Shown here: positions 47,601 to 55,573 of the stretch, piece after piece
How the letters are laid out: each line of letters starts with the position of its first letter
Position numbering within the stretch: the first letter of the stretch is position 1
Source: a virus
Taxonomy: Duplodnaviria > Caudoviricetes
Length of the DNA stretch: 64,000 nt
Reading direction: 5' to 3' (one strand)
IMG/VR virus record: IMGVR_UViG_3300048503_000032
Coordinates: 32,001 to 96,000 of that record
Made by a program: the position numbers and the translations under genes
Notes under the pieces: generated by a model
Seen by the model: the letters and a program-made list of their open reading frames with translations, nothing else
The model's database searches: none
Told to the model about the DNA's origin: nothing

Positions 47601-49012
47601 AGGGGCATTACTGTCCTAATATCGATCCTACGACTCTCGGAGTATGGTGGGCAGTTCAGTCGCAGACGCCGTCGGCGGGTACTCTGACTCCGATTGTGCA
47701 GAAGCCTTGCGAGTCTATCGGCGATCTGTTGATTGATCTGACTCAGACGATCAACACGTATCCGTTCAGTTCCAACCGGCAGTTCTACGCTTACTTCTTT
47801 AATCATCAGTGGTCTTATTCGCAGCCTACGATTGTGACGGTGCCTCCTCCGAATTTGACGATTGAAGAGGGGTATCGGTTTGGCCAGAGCTTGAATCTGC
47901 TTTGTGTTTTACCGACTGAGGTCGGAGTGAACCCGACTCCACGGACGGATCTTACACAGCAGGTATGGCAGATCGCTGCGGACAGTGATTTTTCATCGAC
48001 TGGTATGGTAGTTAATCAGACGAATTACACCCCTGGTAGTCAGACTTTCAATGTGCCCGCTACAGGAGACATTTACGCTCGGTCGTTGCTGTTCGATTAT
48101 ATCTCTAGCGGTAGCTGGAGCCCGACGATTCATATTCCGCTGGGGAACTTGATAGCGTCGGACTATCTTGCGGCACAGGGTTCAGCACCGCCTATTCTTA
48201 CGTCAGCTTCGGGGGCGTTGGCCAGCTATGTGTCCAGCACGAATGTGATTGAGGTGTCTACGGTTTCGTTCGTCGAGCAGTATCCTAACGGGCAGACTTG
48301 GACGATACCTACAACTGACCAGACGTTCACGACAACTAAGGATACTCTTGCGGCGTTGACGTTGAATACTCCGTATTACTTCTATCTGTCGATGCAGAGC
48401 GCAGCTTACACTAATCCGACTGTTTTTGTTGACGGGCCGTATCAGAATCCTTCGCAGTCGGCGTTGGCATATACTGTGGCTGACGGACGTGTGCAGTTGA
48501 GTGCGGGGGCGTTGGCTTTTTACACGTCTGCTACTCCGACGGGATCTGGCGGCGGTGGTGGCGGCGGCACGGGCGGCGGCGGGCAGTATTGCGGTGTGCT
48601 GTCTTCGATGATGATGATGGCCGATGGCTCCCAGAAGAAGCTCGGGGATACTGTGGTGGGAGATGTCGTGTCGGATGGACATGGTGGGATAGAGACTGTT
48701 GTTGCTCGGAAGATAATCCCGAATCAGGTGGTGCGACTGGTCTGCGCAGGGCTTCACAAGACGCGTGTAGCGGATGGTCATACGCTCAAGGTGGAGTACG
48801 GTTGGGAGTCTGTGGTGAGGATGGAGGAGGCCCATGAACGCGGCGACGTTTATCCGGTGGTCGATACCATTGACGGAATGCACCGGATCACGGATATGCA
48901 TCGTTACGGACTGGAAGACGTTTGCCATCTCCAGTTGTCCGGGCCTCGGCATACCTATGTATTGGACGGATTTGTAACACATAATATTTTGATCAAGACG
49001 GAGGCCGCATGA
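44699..49012 (+). CDS. large tail-tip / central fibre protein with C-terminal Hint domain
   Basis: Directly follows tape measure; beta-rich; CBM5/12-like TYNQGDVV...YISL...WW; Gly linker then CGV...MADGS...GDVV...ADGH...HTYVLDGFVTHN. Confidence 0.8.
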   Translation: MLRLTYTLGGQEVDISKYVDWKSVSITEAINVPAQLSFSAQNFDPGFPTPVQRAYVRLYSTRFNRSLFTGFISSQPNVVFQALRAPGVQLFQYQVLCTSDEHLLNIKAVPFIPAFVNQTQGQVLKGIADILCPGFYDTTMVASGDIEPYFQYDPNQSWCELAKTFGDGSRYRYKVRDKQIVFQPYGDGPLGIEYDESKKDSTFDPMSSGMSTQVLAVPTVNDITIIGAAEAGNNREDYFIGDGFTGNFPLRHKVFKGASTLLLTDDWTEAQFNTQQWVTSDPGEQFNLGAGALNLVSSFALPLGQAYIQMNNALELAGGIDIEHGEFGWNDYSVGIVGGLYTQALDSEAPYASGNCLAGFYISSPTGVITSASGAAGVYMQPTWEGQPVGEPIVSEVNHTYVLQTVVTAPQYVRYNRWYRSLGGNAYGGVETAVTGDVTFIVQDFNIAAATGFYYQPNITKVSVSAVNLPAFCDYGFINNQQLNLTVNYTTLALMPLGSLSAYEGPSGLWQPTGLILPMLPPGSGGYIGPVASWPAGASGNIWPPPLMRNTLPHQEVLGNGFELQTAQVSQGNEADTLAFYAQTLPAAGTPIRFHSFESQAAISRLQASGSIAQEAYIVGDNGIRSAIISNLNPLPRTSEDCDAAAQAYLDDRTQVFYNGTYNCTSYFFNNLTSDTQFFPTCGRYLYVNSPARGISKQWMLVTQLTISVLDAVGNAQHGLAGLGQVGEVLHFSVGFGADLHLEKVLYNFVDIQPTNVLTNTDTATPPNPMYDYQIDNAYQPDLSSIRVNPITDTEAQVTVYDAMVAPIEIRLEDANWGQGATPDYVGTATTSNFTLVRQQFEQIWYMRFVDSTTGTYSRRSKVVRIYYPVTPLAPTLLSADSNFLQFDFNGDIRNVYGFELRTVENVVTQIGTTDGSEFGWPSGTPIYGPPTSIYRRAWGFPTTYNQGDVVVNGPGSPVYISLQSGNQGHYCPNIDPTTLGVWWAVQSQTPSAGTLTPIVQKPCESIGDLLIDLTQTINTYPFSSNRQFYAYFFNHQWSYSQPTIVTVPPPNLTIEEGYRFGQSLNLLCVLPTEVGVNPTPRTDLTQQVWQIAADSDFSSTGMVVNQTNYTPGSQTFNVPATGDIYARSLLFDYISSGSWSPTIHIPLGNLIASDYLAAQGSAPPILTSASGALASYVSSTNVIEVSTVSFVEQYPNGQTWTIPTTDQTFTTTKDTLAALTLNTPYYFYLSMQSAAYTNPTVFVDGPYQNPSQSALAYTVADGRVQLSAGALAFYTSATPTGSGGGGGGGTGGGGQYCGVLSSMMMMADGSQKKLGDTVVGDVVSDGHGGIETVVARKIIPNQVVRLVCAGLHKTRVADGHTLKVEYGWESVVRMEEAHERGDVYPVVDTIDGMHRITDMHRYGLEDVCHLQLSGPRHTYVLDGFVTHNILIKTEAA

Positions 49013-49350
49013 TTAGGTACATGGTTGTGCGCCATCCGAATCAGAAGCAGCAGCTGGCCATTCATCATATGCTCAGGAACTATCATTGGGAGTCCATCGA
49101 TGATCAGCATGTATTGGTGTTAGCAGATTTTGATAAGGGGCATATGGATGCGCTCGACAGTCATCCCGATGTGCTGTTGGCTCCGAGTGTTTTTCACGCC
49201 AAGACGCTTCAGGCCCATGCACATGAGAAGGGCAAGCATGCGCACTACGCAGCCTTGCAGAAGCTGGGCGTGACCGATCAGCATCAGACCGTTCACTTGG
49301 CAGGAATCTCTGCGCAGAAGTATGGGGCGAAGATGACGCTCGATCTCTAG
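49009..49350 (+). CDS. His-rich hypothetical protein
   Basis: GGAGG RBS; ATGA coupling to the tail gene. Confidence 0.65.
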   Translation: MIRYMVVRHPNQKQQLAIHHMLRNYHWESIDDQHVLVLADFDKGHMDALDSHPDVLLAPSVFHAKTLQAHAHEKGKHAHYAALQKLGVTDQHQTVHLAGISAQKYGAKMTLDL

Positions 49351-49385
49351 GGTGCGACGAGCCTTCGATTGTCTATAATAGCATT

Positions 49386-50990
49386 GTGATCATAGGCGTT
49401 CGGCTGACAAATCGTACAGCATACTTGCCTCCGTTGGATGCGGAGACGCATAAGAAGCTGCGCGACTGTTGGAGTTTCTCACCTAAGGGTTTGTGGATGA
49501 TGCCGAAGTATCGGCCCACGAAAATCCTGCGCTCTCAGCGTGCTGTGACGATGAAGCAGATTGAGGAGTTGAAGAGTACGCCGTCTGCGCGCAGCACATT
49601 CAGAGTGGAACATCTGACTGAGTTGGTGGCCGAGTTGGATAAGAAGCTCGAGCGGATGTGGGACGGGAAGATCAGTCTTATCGACCGGGGCGCTGTATCG
49701 GCCGGGTTGTTTCGTGCCACATGGCGGGATGTAGAAGCGGTATGTGGTGTCAAGTTTACCGTCAAGCAGGATAGGCAGACGGTAGAATTTGTAGACGGTC
49801 TGCCTGATGCGGGAGAGCAGTATCGCCATCAGAACGCTTGTGTGCGGATGATGGTCGCGTCTATTCCGCGGGGCGGCGGCATAATCCTTGCGGCTACGTC
49901 TTCAGGTAAAACCGGGATTGCAGCGAGGTTGTTTTCCAAGACGAGGTGCGAGTGTTTGTTTGTGGTCGATCAGTTGGATCTGTTGTACCAGCAACGTCAG
50001 GAGCTGGAGGAGTGGCTGCACGAGCCGGTGGGGGTTGTGGGCGATAGTGAGTTTCGGCCGGCGCGGGTTACCGTGGCGACGATTCAGACTTTGAATCTGC
50101 ATGCGCAGCGCAAGGATTTCGTGAAGTGGTACGGCGGCATCGATCTTGTGGTGGTGGATGAGCTGCATGAGGCTTTAGCGAAGCGGAACTTTAACGTGTT
50201 GCAGCGTATCAAGCCTGTAGCGATCTTTGGGTTGACAGCGACGTTGCAGTTGGGGCAGAAAGAAACGCGCTCGAAGGCTTACGCGTTCGCTGGCCCGGTC
50301 ATCTTTAGGTTTCCGATTGAGGAGGGCGTGAAGCGCGGAGTGCTTGCTCAGGGATACGCGTTGCAGTTGCTGTTCGAGCCACAGTCGATGGAAGAAGAAT
50401 CCGACGACTACCAGAATGAGCTGGCGATTCAGGTGACTGAGAATCCCGTTAAGCTGGACGCTTGTAAGGGATTGGTTCGGGAGTTGCTTCGGGCAGATCG
50501 TCATGTGGTATTGCTGGTTGATCGGGTGCAGCATCTGCACGATCTTGACCGTGATCTTCAGGACTTTCCGCATGCTTTGGCTTATGGTGCTGTGGGAGTG
50601 AAAGATCGTCAGCAGGCACGATTGCATTTCGAGGATGATGATATCAGGCTCATCATTGCGAACAAGGTTTTCCGCAAAGGCGTGAGTATAAAACGGATCG
50701 ACGCGATGGTCGATATGGCGGAGGGAAAATCCAAGAACGACGCAGTGCAGAAGTTCGGCCGCGGTCTGCGGCTGCATAAGGACAAGAGCGAATTGATCTA
50801 TGTTGACTTCGGAACGCAGGGAGCTGGGCGGTTTGCCAAGGCTGCTGTGTCCCGGCGCAGGGCTTTGAAGGCAGCAGGGATTAGCGTGACGATTGCTCGG
50901 GTGAATAGTGAGGCGCAAGCCATATCAGCTTTGAAGAAGTTTATGGCCACTAGGGTGAGCACATGTCACAATCAGAAGAATCTATCCTGA
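49386..50990 (+). CDS. superfamily 2 (DEAD/H) helicase, UvsW-like
   Basis: ATSSGKT, VVVDELH, GLTAT, QKFGRGLR. Confidence 0.92.
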   Translation: MIIGVRLTNRTAYLPPLDAETHKKLRDCWSFSPKGLWMMPKYRPTKILRSQRAVTMKQIEELKSTPSARSTFRVEHLTELVAELDKKLERMWDGKISLIDRGAVSAGLFRATWRDVEAVCGVKFTVKQDRQTVEFVDGLPDAGEQYRHQNACVRMMVASIPRGGGIILAATSSGKTGIAARLFSKTRCECLFVVDQLDLLYQQRQELEEWLHEPVGVVGDSEFRPARVTVATIQTLNLHAQRKDFVKWYGGIDLVVVDELHEALAKRNFNVLQRIKPVAIFGLTATLQLGQKETRSKAYAFAGPVIFRFPIEEGVKRGVLAQGYALQLLFEPQSMEEESDDYQNELAIQVTENPVKLDACKGLVRELLRADRHVVLLVDRVQHLHDLDRDLQDFPHALAYGAVGVKDRQQARLHFEDDDIRLIIANKVFRKGVSIKRIDAMVDMAEGKSKNDAVQKFGRGLRLHKDKSELIYVDFGTQGAGRFAKAAVSRRRALKAAGISVTIARVNSEAQAISALKKFMATRVSTCHNQKNLS

Positions 50991-51574
50991 CAGCATCAGT
51001 GATATTGATCAGTGAGAAGTTGGACAGGGTACGGAATTACATCATCAGGACGTATGGATCGGATGGAAGGCTTCAGCCTGAGCATCAGTACGTCATACGG
51101 ATCGTCGACTCCCGCAAGCGAGAGTTGAATAGGGTACTGCTTGCCAAGACCAGACCTGTAGACGATCCAGACAGACAGAAAGCGGAGATCGAGCTGGCGG
51201 TGAAGCGCAGGGATAATGGATCTCTGTTCCGTTGGCAGCTGTTGAGTCATTCCTACGGACGGCTTGGATGCTCGGGTTGCGCGTTCGATTATGTGCGCGA
51301 TCCGATGTTCGGATTGCCGATCAAGGACATCCGGTCTAGGCTCTGCCCGGTCTGTGGTCAGGGGATTCAGCACACCATCACAGCGGATACAGCTCAGGAG
51401 GCTCTGGAGGGCGTCGAAGCGTTCAGAGCTGTGGTATCGGTGGATTCTGCTATAACTATGCGACGTGAGGGCACACAGGGAGACGTACAGGCTATTCTGG
51501 CATGGGATAAGGGGCCAGCCTGGGTGTACTGTTGCGATGTCTGTGGATCATGGGGGATGGAACCATGCTTGTAG
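50963..51574 (+). CDS. hypothetical Zn-binding protein
   Basis: CSGC, CPVC, CDVC motifs. Confidence 0.55.
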   Translation: MSQSEESILTASVILISEKLDRVRNYIIRTYGSDGRLQPEHQYVIRIVDSRKRELNRVLLAKTRPVDDPDRQKAEIELAVKRRDNGSLFRWQLLSHSYGRLGCSGCAFDYVRDPMFGLPIKDIRSRLCPVCGQGIQHTITADTAQEALEGVEAFRAVVSVDSAITMRREGTQGDVQAILAWDKGPAWVYCCDVCGSWGMEPCL

Positions 51575-51909
51575 ACCTATTCATATTCGCTATTAGCGTA
51601 TGGCTCCTGAGCAAGATATTCAGACGACGGAATCGTACCGTCGATGAGGAACAGTTGAACCGCCATGCTCTGCTCCTGATGAAAGAGAACGATCTCAGGA
51701 AGAGAGAATGGGAGCTGGATAAAAAGACGAAACTGGCACCTGTGACAGATGTCCTGAGTAGTATGACGGCCAGGGATGCCATGATGAGAGAGGCCCGTGC
51801 CAAAGCTGCATTGCGGGCTGTGTTGGCCAAGCATGGATGTGATGAAGGACAGATTTCGACAGTAATGGACTCAGTGGACGGGATTGAAGATGGAGATTTG
51901 AAGACTTGA
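51565..51909 (+). CDS. membrane-anchored hypothetical protein
   Basis: N-terminal hydrophobic helix followed by a basic patch. Confidence 0.55.
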   Translation: MLVDLFIFAISVWLLSKIFRRRNRTVDEEQLNRHALLLMKENDLRKREWELDKKTKLAPVTDVLSSMTARDAMMREARAKAALRAVLAKHGCDEGQISTVMDSVDGIEDGDLKT

Positions 51910-52064
51910 TCGGGTACATAGAGACTACTTCGTAGTCTCTATGATCTCTTCACAGTAGAACTACTAGAGATATAGAATTAGTAGCGATAGGATAATGACG
52001 TATAGGGCATTGATTACTGTGTATGGGTATAGGGTGTTTATGGTTCGAGAGGATTGCGTGACTT

Positions 52065-52298
52065 ATGTTTTCTGACATTGAAAAATGCGTAGACTTGACG
52101 GCGGATAACGCTCGGCTGAAGGACGAGAACGATACGCTGCGCGGTATTGTCGCATTCGAGAATATCGACTGCATCTACTGCGGTTTGCCAAAGGCTGACA
52201 TGGCGAAGTGCGCATCAGGATTCCCCGGATGCGGTCGCGGCGACGACATGCTTTGCGCACCGGTATGGATTCAGGAAAAGTATAAGGGGAAGGTATGA
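52065..52298 (+). CDS. hypothetical Cys-rich protein
   Basis: CIYC...C...C; GAGG RBS. Confidence 0.55.
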   Translation: MFSDIEKCVDLTADNARLKDENDTLRGIVAFENIDCIYCGLPKADMAKCASGFPGCGRGDDMLCAPVWIQEKYKGKV

Positions 52299-52759
52299 CT
52301 TCTGACGGTATCAGCCATCGTAGTGGACGGGTCGGTTACACTCCGACTGCTGGCAATCACGGCACTCCGTTGTTTAAGGGTAAGAGGTCGGCGGATTGTA
52401 GCGAATGCGGGTTTGTTTGGACTCAACCTGAACGCGGTTATGACCTCTACAACGAGATCATGAATCACATGGTCGAGAAGCACGGCTACAAGCGTGTAGG
52501 ATCGCAGGTGTTCCGGTCGACGGTCTGCGCTGGGCCTGGATGCAAGAAACCAGGACTGTACAAGGCGAACATGAGCGGATACACGTTCTGCTCGGATCAC
52601 AAGCAGTTGGCAGTAGATAGATGCTTTCTCAGGACTCTGCGATTGGATAAAGGCCGCAACGAGACGGATTTGAATCTCAATGCAGAAGATGCGCGGATGC
52701 GGTCTTTGGATAGTTCGCATAGCTTGACGAAGGCGAATAGGAAGTTGAGCGGAAGATGA
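52295..52759 (+). CDS. Zn-finger hypothetical protein
   Basis: CSEC...H....H; C....C...CSDH. Confidence 0.6.
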   Translation: MTSDGISHRSGRVGYTPTAGNHGTPLFKGKRSADCSECGFVWTQPERGYDLYNEIMNHMVEKHGYKRVGSQVFRSTVCAGPGCKKPGLYKANMSGYTFCSDHKQLAVDRCFLRTLRLDKGRNETDLNLNAEDARMRSLDSSHSLTKANRKLSGR

Positions 52760-53325
52760 ACGATGCGGCCCATGTATGGAAGCTGTCGGGCGACATCGTC
52801 GCTGTCATCGAGACTTGGCTGCGCGAGAAAGAGGGCAAGCTGCTCTATGCCCATTTCAAGCGGGTAGACTTGCTCAGGTTGACTCGGCTTCAGGTGTGGA
52901 GCTGGCGGCATAGAGTCGATATTGACGAGATACTGTCGCTGACGCTTCCGTATCTGCGCAAGTCGTTGTCCAGCGGACAGAAGACGAAGTATGGCCTGGG
53001 CTGTAGTGTGGCGGCGTTGACTGGCGTCGGCAATGAGAAGATTTTGATCGAGGCGTTGAATCAGAAGTATCCCGGCGGGGAGAACAGGGACATCTGGCGT
53101 CAGGAAGAACGCCAGCGGCAGTTGGACAGGGAATCGGCGGAGGCTTCCGGTGGATTGAGTACTCGCAGCCGTAGATCGCCGACTGGCATTCTGGAGAGTG
53201 ACTCAGTGGCCAGTTATCTACAGTCGTATCGGGCGCGTGTGTTGGGCGTTCGTCATAGGTTGTCGGCACAGTCCGGCAGCGTAAAACGCAAGCGGAAACA
53301 TTACCGCGGCAACCCGTGGTTGTGA
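52756..53325 (+). CDS. hypothetical protein (replication region)
   Basis: ATGA coupling. Confidence 0.6.
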   Translation: MNDAAHVWKLSGDIVAVIETWLREKEGKLLYAHFKRVDLLRLTRLQVWSWRHRVDIDEILSLTLPYLRKSLSSGQKTKYGLGCSVAALTGVGNEKILIEALNQKYPGGENRDIWRQEERQRQLDRESAEASGGLSTRSRRSPTGILESDSVASYLQSYRARVLGVRHRLSAQSGSVKRKRKHYRGNPWL

Positions 53326-53340
53326 TCGGAGCGTAGTTGT

Positions 53341-53709
53341 ATGAATGACGTGCAGGCAAGAGTTCGGGATTGGGTTGTGACTCGATTAGGTTCAGCGGCT
53401 ATGCATCCTCATGAGCGCGCGCTGCGTTTGCTTGAGGAGGCGACCGAGCTGGCGCAGTCTTTGTGTGTGACCCGCGACGAGGCTTTGCGGGTGGTCAACC
53501 ATGTGCATGACAAGCCGGTGGGGATGCCGGTCGATGAGTTGGGCGGCGTGATTGTCACGTTGCTGGCGACGGCGGCGGGTTGTGGACTGTCTCTGGGCGC
53601 TTGCCTGGACAAGGAGTTGGGACGGATCGAGGCTATGTCGCCGGAGATCTTCCGTCAGCATCAGGCGGACAATGTGGAGCGCGGTATCGGTGCGCCGGTG
53701 AAGTTATGA
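53341..53709 (+). CDS. MazG-like NTP pyrophosphohydrolase
   Basis: ERALRLLEEATELAQ...DELGGV acidic helical motif. Confidence 0.75.
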   Translation: MNDVQARVRDWVVTRLGSAAMHPHERALRLLEEATELAQSLCVTRDEALRVVNHVHDKPVGMPVDELGGVIVTLLATAAGCGLSLGACLDKELGRIEAMSPEIFRQHQADNVERGIGAPVKL

Positions 53710-54141
53710 CACCGGCAGAGCTGGTTCGGTTGAAGGCTGCGATCCGGCGCAGCCGATGGGCGCTGGAGGAGCTGACCGTTGACCAGAAGATGCAGGAGGC
53801 CAACATTCTCGTTTCGGGGCCGCATAAGGAGATGGTGCAGTATTTGGCCGGTAAGTTTGGCTCCGTAGGTTCCGTGCTGGTTCAGGTGGATACTCTGCGT
53901 AAGTTCCAAGGCGGTCGAGCCAAGACATTAAGCAAGGGATAATCATGGATGAGTTTCCGAGGTATTGGAAGGGCGCGTATAATTCGAGGCTCGGTCTTGC
54001 TGTGATGAGGCAAGATTCAGCGACCGTCAATTCAGTGATGGTCGTGGCTATCATGCTTCCCGAAGCTGAGGCGCAGATAATCGCCAACGCAGTTATTCCT
54101 ACGCTTCGAGAATTACATCGCATCGCTAATGTAGGGAACTA

Positions 54142-55473
54142 ATGGATATCCATTTCAGAAAACAGGTACTGCGGGCAGCGGTGCGCGACCGGGTATTCTT
54201 GAAGAATATCTGTCATGATTTAGTTCCGACGGACTTCACTGAAAAATCGGAGCAGATTGTAGCTGAGATTGCGCTGCGTTTCTGGGAGCAGCATAGTGAG
54301 CCTGTTGGGGGGTTGCTGCGCTCTGACGCTGATTTCGAGGCCCGTCATCGGCGGTTGAATGAGAATGATCGTAAGGCTCTGCGCACTCTGGTCGACGAGA
54401 TTCAGGGTACGGCGATGGAGTTGGTTCCGGTCAAGGCTCTAGAGGACAGGGTCAAGGCCATTCGCCGGGATACGTTCTTCGAGCGCGCGTTGGAAGAGAT
54501 AATCACGGCTCAGGAGAAAGGTACTCTGTCGACGGCTGTGCTTGAGGGCGTGATGGAACGCGCGCAGCGGGATCTGGCGGATCGCATGTTTCAGTCTACG
54601 GATTATTTGGCCGGATTGGAGCAGCGTATTTTGCGGCGTCAGATGCAGGCGGAAGAGGATAAATATCCTCTGCTGCTGATTGATCCGATCGACGAGAAAA
54701 TCAGGTGCATCGGTCGCGGGCATTTTGCTATTTTCGTTGGGCCGTATTCGTCGGGCAAGTCGATGTTTTTGTTGCATGTGGCTTTGGCCTACGCGATGCA
54801 GGGGCTGAAGGTGTTGTACTTCACATTGGAAGATCCTCTGGACATCGTAGAGAATCGCATGGACAGTTGCATGACTGGGATTCCGATGTCCAAGCTGAAT
54901 CAGTTGCCGAATCGGCTGAGGAAAAGGTTCGACGAGATGCGTCAACTTGTTCGCGGACGTATTCATATTATAGACGCGACTGACGGCGGGTTGACTATCT
55001 CCAAGGTGGAGAAGGTGTGGGAGCAGGAACGGGCTGATGGGTTTACGGCGGACTCGATAATAATCGACTACGACGAAGAGCTTGAGTGTGAGGTGAAGTT
55101 TACCGGCGAGATGGCTCGCAAGCGACAGTTCGAAGAGATCTATAAGCGGTTTCGGCGGCTCAATAAGAAGCTGGACACTATCGGCTGGACAGCAGCGCAG
55201 ACCAAAGCCAATACATCCAAGAAGCGCGTCATTACCGGCGATGATATCGGCGAGGATTACTCCAAGGCGAAGAAGGCGTTTCTGGCCATCGGTATCGGTC
55301 AGGATCAGGATGTTGCCAACATGAAATTCTTGTATGTCATGCGGCATAGGTTGGACAGGAGCAGGTTCGGTGTGGAAGTGATAACGGATTTTGAATCGGG
55401 AATCGCTTATGACGCAGAAAGTACTCGCGCTATGGCGCGTAAGCCTAAGCAGGCGGCGAAGGGGGTAGCATGA
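54142..55473 (+). CDS. dnaB: DnaB-like replicative helicase
   Basis: GPYSSGKS, YFTLED, IIIDY, TAAQT, R..R arginine finger. Confidence 0.88.
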   Translation: MDIHFRKQVLRAAVRDRVFLKNICHDLVPTDFTEKSEQIVAEIALRFWEQHSEPVGGLLRSDADFEARHRRLNENDRKALRTLVDEIQGTAMELVPVKALEDRVKAIRRDTFFERALEEIITAQEKGTLSTAVLEGVMERAQRDLADRMFQSTDYLAGLEQRILRRQMQAEEDKYPLLLIDPIDEKIRCIGRGHFAIFVGPYSSGKSMFLLHVALAYAMQGLKVLYFTLEDPLDIVENRMDSCMTGIPMSKLNQLPNRLRKRFDEMRQLVRGRIHIIDATDGGLTISKVEKVWEQERADGFTADSIIIDYDEELECEVKFTGEMARKRQFEEIYKRFRRLNKKLDTIGWTAAQTKANTSKKRVITGDDIGEDYSKAKKAFLAIGIGQDQDVANMKFLYVMRHRLDRSRFGVEVITDFESGIAYDAESTRAMARKPKQAAKGVA

Positions 55474-55573
55474 TGGATGCGCATGCCGTGAATTCAGTAG
55501 TTGACAATATCTTCGGATGGATTTTGGGGATTTGTGGTCTGGCATACATGTTGGGTTTCTTCGACCGTGATAG

